Source of the DNA: Polyangium mundeleinium
GTDB taxonomy: Bacteria > Myxococcota_A > Polyangia > Polyangiales > Polyangiaceae
DNA: 64,000 nucleotides
Assembly (NCBI RefSeq): GCF_028369105.1
Contig: NZ_JAQNDO010000001.1
Location: forward strand, 2,035,711-2,099,710
Reading direction: 5' to 3'
Positions 25,134-34,213 of this stretch are shown one piece after another; position 1 is the first letter of the stretch; every line of letters starts with the position of its first letter. The notes below the pieces were generated by a model, which ran no database searches, was not told the DNA's origin, and was given only the letters and a program-made list of their open reading frames with translations. Both the position numbers and the translations under genes were made by a program.

Positions 25134-26450
25134 TCAAATCCTCTTCTTTTTCTTCTTTTTCTTCGGCGGCGGCGGCGGCCGCGTCTTGCCCGGCGCAGCG
25201 GGGATCCACGGCGCGCTCCGATCCACGGGCAGCGGCGTATCCGCGGGCAACGCTTGCTCGCCGGCGCGCTTGACCGTGAACGACGAGCTCACGACGTTGT
25301 ACATGTGGGCGCCGATATTCGAGAGGTCGCCCCCGCCGACGATGCCGATCGGAATGCAGAAGCGGCGCTTGCGCTCCTCGTCGAGGTCGCCGTACGGAAT
25401 GAAACGGCCCGTATCGTCGCGTATGCCGCGCGTGTAGCCACCGCCGCCGCCCGGCGCCATCCCGTCCTGGATCGCCTGTGCGATCTGCTCGATGACCTCG
25501 TTCGCGCAGAGGGGCTTGATCTCGCCCTTCACCGTGCTGCCGGCGGGATACTGGACCTTCGACTCGATCTTGACGACGACCGTGACGCCCTTTTTGTCCG
25601 GCCCCATTTGCAAGGACCGCGCGGCGAGCCCGCTCTTCACGGCCTCCACGACGCCGGTCCAGTGGTTCGCATTCGCGTCCGTGGTGCTGACGAGGCGAAC
25701 GCCCTCGACTTTGCCTTGCGCGTCGAGCTTGACCTCGAACGTGGCGCGGGCGTCCTTGACCGCCGAGGAGCGGACGGCGGAGGCAATGGTGGAGGCGACG
25801 ACGCCGGCCGCGGGGACGTCGATGCCGGTGGACTTGTCCTTGTTGTGAAGGGTGCCGGCAATGACGCGGCTCGCGATATCGGAATCGACGGGACGCGGCG
25901 CCTCGATGGTCGTGGGCGCGGGCCGCGCCGCCGGCGCGCCGGGCACGACGCCCGGGACGGCCCATACCGGCGAACCGAGACCGGGAAGCGCGCCGACGAC
26001 GGGGGCCGGCGCGGGCGCGCCGCCGTATTCGTCGACGGGAGGGCTCGGCGCGGCGGGCGCGGGAGCGGGAGCGGATTCGGGCGCGGAGGCGGATTCGGGA
26101 GCGGGAGCGGGAGCGGGAGCGGATTCGGGAGCGGGAGCGGATTCGGGAGCGGGAGCGGATTCGGGCGCGGGGGCCGGGACGGGCGCCGGGACGGGCGCCG
26201 GGGCACGCACGGCCGCGCGGGCCGATTCGGGCGTGGGCGCTTGCTCGGGCGCGGGGGCCGGCGCGCGTGTCACCACGCCGGGCGGGCCTTCCTCCTCGAT
26301 ATCGACCGTCGTATCCGCTGGAGGCTCGACGCGGGGCAGCAACACCTCGGCACCCGGCGCCGGGGCGCGCGGAGCGACGGAAAGGAAAAGCGCGTGCGCG
26401 AGGATCGCGATCGCGACCGCCCCTAGCTCGCGTCCCCGTTCCTTCACCAC
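25134..26450 (-). CDS. TonB C-terminal-domain-like protein with N-terminal TM anchor, (APAPESAP)n Pro-rich spacer and a PPPPPKKKKKKKRI tail
   Basis: GTG start 26450; TM LGAVAIAILAHALFLSV; ATFEVKLDAQGKVEGVRLVSTT...VVEAV resembles TonB_C; the DNA hexamer repeats at 26040..26200 encode the Pro-rich spacer. Confidence 0.65.
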   Translation of the reverse strand: MVKERGRELGAVAIAILAHALFLSVAPRAPAPGAEVLLPRVEPPADTTVDIEEEGPPGVVTRAPAPAPEQAPTPESARAAVRAPAPVPAPVPAPAPESAPAPESAPAPESAPAPAPAPESASAPESAPAPAPAAPSPPVDEYGGAPAPAPVVGALPGLGSPVWAVPGVVPGAPAARPAPTTIEAPRPVDSDIASRVIAGTLHNKDKSTGIDVPAAGVVASTIASAVRSSAVKDARATFEVKLDAQGKVEGVRLVSTTDANANHWTGVVEAVKSGLAARSLQMGPDKKGVTVVVKIESKVQYPAGSTVKGEIKPLCANEVIEQIAQAIQDGMAPGGGGGYTRGIRDDTGRFIPYGDLDEERKRRFCIPIGIVGGGDLSNIGAHMYNVVSSSFTVKRAGEQALPADTPLPVDRSAPWIPAAPGKTRPPPPPKKKKKKKRI

Positions 26451-26546
26451 GCGCGGAGGCTAGCACATCCGGCGGCGCGATCACACCTCGGCGCGTGAGG
26501 GGGCCGCGGGGTCGAGGGGATTCGCGGATCCTGCCCGAAATGAAAA

Positions 26547-27317
26547 TCAGGGCTTGCCGAGGAACGCGAGCGCCTTTTCGACCTGCTCGTCCGTCATCGC
26601 GTGGCCGGCGCGGGGACGCCCGATCTCCAGGTGCGGCCAGCGCATCCGCTTCAGCATCTTCGCGAGCGCCTGCTGTTTGTCGTGCGTGGGATCCCCCGCG
26701 CCCCACGCGACCACGATCGGCGCGCGTTTCTTCGTCCCCTTGGCCTCCGTCTCGTGATACGGCGCGCCCGAGCCGCCCGCGAAGAGCGCATACCCCGCGA
26801 CGTCGAGCCGTCCGCGCATCGCCAGCGAGGTGGCATAATACGCGCCGTTCGAGAATCCAAAAACGTAGACGCGCTCGAACGGTTTGCCCGCGGCTTGCTC
26901 CAGCGCATTGCGCGCGGCCGTCCATTCGGCGATGAGCGCGTCCTCGTGGCCCCGGCGCGCGTCCATGCTCGTCGGCCAGGCCCACCAGCTCTCCATCGTC
27001 TTCGGCCCGATCCCGCGCCGGCCCCGCGGCATGATCACGGTATGCCCGTACGTCGCGCCCACCCGCGCCGCGTTGCGCTGCGAGTTCCATTGATCGTGCG
27101 TATCGGGCTGAATGACGCCGTGGAGGTGGATGATGAGCGTCCGAGGCCCGGGCGCGGGCTTCTCGGGGACGAACACGCACACCTCGTTCGCGAGCGCCTT
27201 GAGCTCGGCCGCGCACCAGCGGCGCGTGTCGACCTCCGCCGCCGGGGCCTCGGCCGACGCCGGACGTGGACCCGCCGCGAGGAGGGCGAAGACGAACGCG
27301 AGGGCCACCGGGCGCAT
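26547..27317 (-). CDS. secreted alpha/beta-hydrolase-fold esterase (PHB-depolymerase/esterase-like)
   Basis: Signal MRPVALAFVFALLAAGPRPASA; nucleophile elbow VFGFSNGAYY (GxSxG). Confidence 0.85.
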   Translation of the reverse strand: MRPVALAFVFALLAAGPRPASAEAPAAEVDTRRWCAAELKALANEVCVFVPEKPAPGPRTLIIHLHGVIQPDTHDQWNSQRNAARVGATYGHTVIMPRGRRGIGPKTMESWWAWPTSMDARRGHEDALIAEWTAARNALEQAAGKPFERVYVFGFSNGAYYATSLAMRGRLDVAGYALFAGGSGAPYHETEAKGTKKRAPIVVAWGAGDPTHDKQQALAKMLKRMRWPHLEIGRPRAGHAMTDEQVEKALAFLGKP

Positions 27318-27373
27318 CGGCGGACCCTACCACGGGGCGCTCGACGCGGGCACGTTCGTGTATCGTGCTCCCC

Positions 27374-27865
27374 ATGGACGAGACGCGCGGTGACGAGGAT
27401 GTACGGGCTGCACAAGCGCAGGTGCTTTCGGCGCTCGCGGGGCGGCTCTCGAAGGGGGACGCGCTGCTCCCCGCGGATTTCGTGGCCAAGCTCGCCGAGG
27501 AGCTTGCGCTGCGCATCGACGACGAGGCGATCTCCGCGGCCTGGGCCGAACAAGGGAGAGAGGAGCCGGTGACGTGGCGAGGCAGCGCGGCGCGGTCGAG
27601 CCGGCGCGGGCGGGGGAGGGACGTGCGCGACATCGAGCTGTTCGCACGCGCGGTGCGTGACCTCGAAGCGCTCGGGCCGGCCGAACGGGAGGAGATTTCG
27701 CTGGAGATCGATGCGCTCGCCTTTGATCCGGTGCCGCGCGGGGTGATGGCGCTTCACGGTCGGAAAGACGGACACCTGCAAAACCGCATGGGCGGCCGGC
27801 GATTGCTTTACAAGGTGCAGGGAATGCTGGTGACCGTCGTGGCGATCACCAGCGAGGCGGGCTGA
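27374..27865 (+). CDS. RelE/ParE-like toxin-fold protein, possibly an antitoxin-toxin fusion
   Basis: The C-terminus ...GRRLLYKVQGMLVTVVAITSEAG resembles the RelE/ParE beta-core; the N-terminal 70 aa are helical and acidic. Start taken at MDETRGD (the listed ORF starts 108 nt earlier). Confidence 0.4.
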   Translation: MDETRGDEDVRAAQAQVLSALAGRLSKGDALLPADFVAKLAEELALRIDDEAISAAWAEQGREEPVTWRGSAARSSRRGRGRDVRDIELFARAVRDLEALGPAEREEISLEIDALAFDPVPRGVMALHGRKDGHLQNRMGGRRLLYKVQGMLVTVVAITSEAG

Positions 27866-27866
27866 G

Positions 27867-29216
27867 TCAGGAAGGCTTGCGAGGCGTCAGGCGCGCGGTG
27901 CCCTCGAGGCCCTGCGCGCGGGCGGCCTCGACGACGGCCTCACACACGGCCTCGTGCACGTGCGGCAAGAGCGGCGAGGGCACGACCTCGCCCTTTTCGG
28001 CGCACGACGCGATGGCGCGCGCCGCGGCGATACGCATCTCCGGCGTGATGGCGCGGCTCTCCACGGCGAGCGCGCCGCGGAACAGGCCCGGGAACGCGAG
28101 CGCATTGTTGATGCTGCGCCCGTCGCTGCAGAACGCCGCGCCCGCTGCGATGGCGTCCGTCGGCTCGATCTCCGGGTCCGGGTTCGACAGCGGGAAGATC
28201 ACCTGCCCGGGCCGGATCCATTTCGGATCGATGAGGCCAGGCCTGCCCGTCGCCGCGATCACGATATCGGCCTCGCGCATGAGCGTGGGCAGATCGACCG
28301 GGCGCGCGCCCATGCCTTTCAGCCAGTTCATGGCCTCCTCCGACCGGTCCGTCACGAGCACGTCGCGCGCCCCGTGCGCCATCATGAGCCGCGCGATCGC
28401 GCTGCCCGCCGCGCCGAGCCCGATCTGCCCGACGCGCGCCTTCTCCAGCGCCACGCCCGTCATCTTGCAAGCATTGAGCACCGCGGCGAGCGCGACCGTG
28501 GCCGTGCCGTGCTGGTCGTCGTGCATCACGGGTTTGTCGAGGCGCGCGATGAGCTCCTCCTCGATCTTGTAACAATCCGGGATGCGGATGTCCTCGAGGT
28601 GAATGCCGCCGAACGTGAGCGAGAGGCGCATGACCGTGTCCACGAACTCCCGCGGATCGAGGGTGTCGACGAGGATCGGCGTGGCGCTGATCCCGACGAA
28701 CTTGTCGTAAAGGACGGCCTTTCCTTCCATGACCGGCAGCGAGGCAAGCGGCCCGACGTGGCCGAGGCCGAGCACGCGCGTGCCGTTCGTGAAGATACCG
28801 ACCGAGTTGCCGATCCCCGTGAGGTGCCGCGCGCGCTCGGGCTCCCGCTCGATCGCGCGCGCGACGCGGGCCACGCCGGGCGTGTAGATGTAGCGCAAAT
28901 CGCGCTGATGCCGGAGCTCGATCCGGCTCGTCATGTGGAGCTTGCCGCCCTTGTGCAGGTCGAAGACGCGGTCGATCGTGTCGAGAATCTCGACGCCGTC
29001 GACGGCGCGCACGGCCTCGATGACGCGGTCGCGTTGCTCCTCGTCCAGCGTCTCGACCGTGACCTCACGCAGGGTATCGCCCTCCATGCTGCGCAAGGTC
29101 GTGAGGTCACCCAGCAAACCACCTTGCTCGGCGATGGCCGTCGCGAGGCGTGCAAGCTGGCCCACGCGGTGTTTGCATTTGACGCGAAGTACGGTGTCGA
29201 GGCTGGTCTTCCTCAT
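27867..29216 (-). CDS. NAD(P)-dependent malic enzyme with N-terminal ACT domain
   Basis: MRKTSLDTVLRVKCKHRVGQLARLATAI (ACT); YTPGVARV, GLGAAGSAIARLM (Rossmann), ATGRPGLI. ATG 29216. Confidence 0.9.
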   Translation of the reverse strand: MRKTSLDTVLRVKCKHRVGQLARLATAIAEQGGLLGDLTTLRSMEGDTLREVTVETLDEEQRDRVIEAVRAVDGVEILDTIDRVFDLHKGGKLHMTSRIELRHQRDLRYIYTPGVARVARAIEREPERARHLTGIGNSVGIFTNGTRVLGLGHVGPLASLPVMEGKAVLYDKFVGISATPILVDTLDPREFVDTVMRLSLTFGGIHLEDIRIPDCYKIEEELIARLDKPVMHDDQHGTATVALAAVLNACKMTGVALEKARVGQIGLGAAGSAIARLMMAHGARDVLVTDRSEEAMNWLKGMGARPVDLPTLMREADIVIAATGRPGLIDPKWIRPGQVIFPLSNPDPEIEPTDAIAAGAAFCSDGRSINNALAFPGLFRGALAVESRAITPEMRIAAARAIASCAEKGEVVPSPLLPHVHEAVCEAVVEAARAQGLEGTARLTPRKPS

Positions 29217-29341
29217 GGCAGGGGCGCGGACCATACCACGAAGCCGGCTGAGTGGGAGCAAGTTGGGGCAAGGAGGACATTTCCGTCTCGTAGGATCTTC
29301 CCTTATCATCCGCGCGTAGAGTCGCCCGAGGAGAGACAACC

Positions 29342-31312
29342 ATGGTGATGTTCGCGCCCACCGAGGCCTTGCGCCCCAACTTGCAGCTCGACGTCGCGTC
29401 CGGGGACACGCTCGACGTGCGCAAGTTCCAGGTCACGGAGCGCATGTCGGATCTCTTCGAGGTCCGCCTCGTGGCGCTCTCGCCGAACCCGGAGATCGAC
29501 TTTGACGCGGTGCTCGGCCGGGAAGCGACGTTCACGCTCTCCCGCGACCAGCTCCTCGCCACCGCCTACCGCACGTGGGGCGGGATCTGCCATCACATCC
29601 AGCAGATCGAGTCGGAGGAGGCGGGGCTCTCCACGTACGAGCTCGTGATCGTGCCGAAGCTCTGGTTCCTCACGCAGCGGCGCAACCACCGCATGTTCCA
29701 GCAGCTCTCGGACCTCGACGTCGTGCTCCAGCTCCTCCGCGAGTGGGGCATCGAGCCCGTGCAGAAGGTCGACGCGGCCACGTACAAGAAACGCAAATAT
29801 CGCGTGCAGTACGGCGAGAGTGATTACGCGTTCCTCTGCCGGCTGCTCGAAGACGCGGGCATCACGTTTTACTTCGACCAGCAAGGCGAGACCACCGTGC
29901 TCGTCCTTCACGACGCGCCGCAGAACAATCCACCCCGCGAGCCCTCCGTCCGGTTCGTCGACAAACCGATGGTGGACAAGGATCTCGAGTTCGTCACCGA
30001 GGTGCGCGTCGGACAGCGCACGCGGCCCGGCAAGTACACGATCTTCGACCACGACTACCGGCGGCCGGCGAACTACAAGCTGATGGGCACGCACGCCGAG
30101 GGCGAGGCCTTCGAGCAGCAGATGGAGCGCTTCCATTACGTGCCCGGCGCGTCCCTCTTCCGCAGCGACGGGCGCGAGCCCACGCCGAGCGCCGACGACA
30201 AGGGCGCGGCGCGGCACGACGAGGGCGAGGCCAAGCGAATCGCGAAGATCCGCCTGGAGGCGAAGCGCGCCGAGGCCCGCAAGGCCACGTTCCGCACGAA
30301 CCTCGTCGAGCTCCGGCCCGGGACCGTGATGCGCGTCGTCGATCATCCGCGGCGCGAGCTCGCGAGCCGGCTGCTCGTGGTGCATTCGACGTACGAGGGC
30401 ACGTCGTATGGCGAGTGGGTCCACCGGCTCGAAACGCGCAGCGCCGAGATCCCCTACCGCCCGCCGCTCGTCACGCCGAAGCCGAAGGTGAGCGGCGTGG
30501 AGAGCGCGACGGTCGTCGGCCCCGCGGGCGAAGAGATCCATACCGACGAGTTCGGCCGCGTGCGGGTCCATTTCCACTGGGATCGCGAGAGCCAGATGAA
30601 CCAGGACAGCTCGTGCTGGATTCACGTGAGCCAATCCTGGGGCGGCGCGGGATACGGCGGCGTGCAGCTCCCGCGCGTTGGCCAGGAGGTGATCGTCGAT
30701 TTCCTCGGCGGCGATCCGGATCGGCCCATCATCGTGGGGCGCGTCTTCACGAACCTGCAAAAGGTGCCGTACCCGCTGCCGGCGAACAAGACGCAGAGCG
30801 GGCTCCGCTCGGCCTCGTCGCCGGCGACGGGCGGCTACAACGAGCTGATGTTCGAGGACGCCGCGGGCCGCGAGCTCATGCGGCTCCAGGCCGAGAAAGA
30901 CTTCACGGGCCTCGTGAAGCACGACCTCCGGATGAACATCCAGAACGACCGCACGCACAACGTCGGCAACAACGACACGGAGACCGTGGTCGGCGAGCAG
31001 TCGGTGAAGGTCGCGAAGAAACGCACCGTGCGGGTCAAGCTCGATCAGCAGCACCAGGTCGGCGAGAACATCCTCGTGCAGTCGGTCAACGGCGTATCGA
31101 CGCACCTGTCGAAGCAGGCCATCCGGCTCTTCAGCGAGATGATCATCCTCTCCACCTCGCCGGACTCGTTCATCGTGATCTCGCAGAGCGGGATCACGAT
31201 CCAATCGCCGATCGTGCAGATCAACCCGGGCATGCTCCGGGTCCCCAACCCGCCGCAGCCCGCGGCGATCGAAGACGCGGCGACCGTCACGGGATACATC
31301 GGAGCACCATGA
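29342..31312 (+). CDS. vgrG: type VI secretion system spike protein VgrG (TssI)
   Basis: gp27-like N-terminus and gp5 OB region; VIVDFLGGDPDRPIIVGRVFTN is the classic VgrG motif. Stop overlaps the next ATG (ATGA). Confidence 0.9.
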   Translation: MVMFAPTEALRPNLQLDVASGDTLDVRKFQVTERMSDLFEVRLVALSPNPEIDFDAVLGREATFTLSRDQLLATAYRTWGGICHHIQQIESEEAGLSTYELVIVPKLWFLTQRRNHRMFQQLSDLDVVLQLLREWGIEPVQKVDAATYKKRKYRVQYGESDYAFLCRLLEDAGITFYFDQQGETTVLVLHDAPQNNPPREPSVRFVDKPMVDKDLEFVTEVRVGQRTRPGKYTIFDHDYRRPANYKLMGTHAEGEAFEQQMERFHYVPGASLFRSDGREPTPSADDKGAARHDEGEAKRIAKIRLEAKRAEARKATFRTNLVELRPGTVMRVVDHPRRELASRLLVVHSTYEGTSYGEWVHRLETRSAEIPYRPPLVTPKPKVSGVESATVVGPAGEEIHTDEFGRVRVHFHWDRESQMNQDSSCWIHVSQSWGGAGYGGVQLPRVGQEVIVDFLGGDPDRPIIVGRVFTNLQKVPYPLPANKTQSGLRSASSPATGGYNELMFEDAAGRELMRLQAEKDFTGLVKHDLRMNIQNDRTHNVGNNDTETVVGEQSVKVAKKRTVRVKLDQQHQVGENILVQSVNGVSTHLSKQAIRLFSEMIILSTSPDSFIVISQSGITIQSPIVQINPGMLRVPNPPQPAAIEDAATVTGYIGAP

Positions 31313-32265
31313 GAGTTCGCAAGCTACGGGTCGACGGTTTCCGGGGTTTGCCCGATCAGGAGTTTTCCTTGATCAACCCGCGCACGGACGGCGCCCACGA
31401 GATCGTGGTCGTCACGGGCGCGCGCGCGAGCGGCAAGACGAGCTTCCTCGAAGCGATCCTCGCGGCGAAGGAGCAAGTCGGACCTTATGGCCCGGCCGCG
31501 CCGTCGTCGAGCTTCCTGCGGCCCGGCGTGACCACGGCGAAGGTGCGCATCGAATGGGAGCTCTCGAACGGGGAGCGGGATCGGTATGGCACCGGCGCGC
31601 GCGCCTTCGTGAGCGAGTCGATCTTCGGCGACCTCGTGCTCGAGCCGCCGGAGCCGGATCCGGCGCTCGCGGCGCTGCTCGCGGAGTACATCCCGGATCC
31701 GGCCTTCGGGAAGGTCGAGTATTTCCACGCCTCGCGACGGCTGCCATTCGCGTCGGCGATCGATCTCTCGCGGTCGGCCGGCGACAGCCTCGATCGGATG
31801 GTGCGGCTCGGCCGCGACGACATGAAGTACAGCGGGCTCGTGCGCTTCATCGTGGAGGCGGGGCTCGGGCTCGACGTGGACGCCGAGGGCAAACCGAAGC
31901 CCCCGGGGCGCATCAAGAAGGCCTTCGAGGCGCTCTGCCCGACCAAGCAGCTCGGGGGGCTCTATCGCGCGGGCGATGCGATGCTGCCGGTCTTCCTCGA
32001 CGGCCAGCGGAGGGCCTACAGCCTGGCGCAGCTCTCGGACAGCGAGCTCGACGCGTTGCTCTTCGCGACGACGTTCGTGCGGGCGGGCGTCGGGCAATCG
32101 ATCGTGCTCATCGACACGCCGGAGAAGCACCTCGGCGACGTGGAGGCGCGCGATTTCGTGAAGGCGCTCGCGACGCTCGGCGCAAACAACCAGCTCATCG
32201 TGGCGACGCAATCGGCGGCGCTCGTGTCGAGCGTGCCGGCGGATCAAGTGATCCGGCTCGGGTGA
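31309..32265 (+). CDS. SMC/RecF-like ABC-type AAA ATPase, translationally coupled to vgrG
   Basis: MRVRKLRVDGFRGL...VVVTGARASGKTSFLEAI (Walker A); SIVLIDTPEKHL (Walker B/D-loop). Sits in the frame of the long listed ORF 30415..32265. Confidence 0.75.
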   Translation: MRVRKLRVDGFRGLPDQEFSLINPRTDGAHEIVVVTGARASGKTSFLEAILAAKEQVGPYGPAAPSSSFLRPGVTTAKVRIEWELSNGERDRYGTGARAFVSESIFGDLVLEPPEPDPALAALLAEYIPDPAFGKVEYFHASRRLPFASAIDLSRSAGDSLDRMVRLGRDDMKYSGLVRFIVEAGLGLDVDAEGKPKPPGRIKKAFEALCPTKQLGGLYRAGDAMLPVFLDGQRRAYSLAQLSDSELDALLFATTFVRAGVGQSIVLIDTPEKHLGDVEARDFVKALATLGANNQLIVATQSAALVSSVPADQVIRLG

Positions 32266-32269
32266 GGCC

Positions 32270-32698
32270 ATGGCGATCTACGAGGTCGACGAGTTTTCGT
32301 TCGAGGTGCCCGACGGGTACGTCGATCGCAGCATGAACCTGTTCTTCCCGCGGGAGGCCATGACGCGGCTCCGGACGCAAAACCTCGTGATCACGCGGGA
32401 GCCGCGCACGGAGGAGACGGTCGTGCAGCAGGCGGCGAGGATCCTGAAGGTGTTCTCGACCAAGGTCCCCAGCCTCAAGATCATCGGGCAGCGCGATCGG
32501 CCCCTCGGCGCGCTCCCGGGCCGGGAGGCGCGGGCGCACGCGACGCAGCAGGGACACCCGGTCTACCAGCGGTATTATTTCGTCGGTCACTATGGCACCT
32601 TCATCTCGGTGATCGCGACCTCGGCGCGGGCGCAGAGCGCGCAGTGCGACGCCGTCGTCGAGCGGCTGCTCACGAGCTTGCGATTGAAGAAGCGGTAG
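32270..32698 (+). CDS. DUF1795 (Eag-family) T6SS effector chaperone candidate
   Basis: 142 aa; N-terminus MAIYEVDEFSFEVPDGYVDRSMNLFF resembles the DUF1795/DcrB-like signature as I recall it (uncertain); positioned between vgrG and a prePAAR gene. Confidence 0.6.
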   Translation: MAIYEVDEFSFEVPDGYVDRSMNLFFPREAMTRLRTQNLVITREPRTEETVVQQAARILKVFSTKVPSLKIIGQRDRPLGALPGREARAHATQQGHPVYQRYYFVGHYGTFISVIATSARAQSAQCDAVVERLLTSLRLKKR

Positions 32699-32716
32699 GG
32701 TGAGGAGGAGCTTTCT

Positions 32717-33148
32717 TTGAGCCTTTACATCACGCACGAGGCGGGCTTCGAGTTGCCCGCGAACTGGGTCGACGGGACCGTCAACCTCCTCGAATATGCG
32801 CGCCCCGAGGGCACGATCCGGGTGGGGATGTCGCGTAGCGATCGAGGCGGGAAGGACCTCGCCGCGTGCGTGGAGGAGCGGCTCGTGGAGCAGCGGCGCA
32901 AGCTCCCGTTCTTCGAGCTCCTCGGGCGATCGGAGCGCCTCTGCGCGGGCCTTCCGGCGATCGACGTGAAGGTGACCTACGAGGACGCCAAGCAGAAGAT
33001 ATACCAGCGGACGCTGGGGTTCGTGATCGGGGGGCGATTCGTCTCGCTGGGCGTCACGGCGACGCTTTCGCAGCAGGCCGAGGCGGACGCCATTCTCGAG
33101 CGCGCGGCGTCCACGCTCTCGTTGCGGGCGCGGCCGAGCGGGGCCTGA
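32717..33148 (+). CDS. second DUF1795 (Eag-family) chaperone paralog
   Basis: 143 aa; MSLYITHEAGFELPANWVDGTVNLL. Confidence 0.6.
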   Translation: MSLYITHEAGFELPANWVDGTVNLLEYARPEGTIRVGMSRSDRGGKDLAACVEERLVEQRRKLPFFELLGRSERLCAGLPAIDVKVTYEDAKQKIYQRTLGFVIGGRFVSLGVTATLSQQAEADAILERAASTLSLRARPSGA

Positions 33149-33164
33149 AGGGAGGGGCAGGGGC

Positions 33165-34211
<1,047 letters not shown>

Positions 34212-34213
34212 CC

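Noticed and set aside
25066-27633. Minus ORF 855 aa and the other Arg-rich ORFs overlapping the TonB-like, esterase and TA-like genes.
   Set aside because: Compositionally non-protein-like (poly-Arg/Gly), contradicted by credible genes in other frames.
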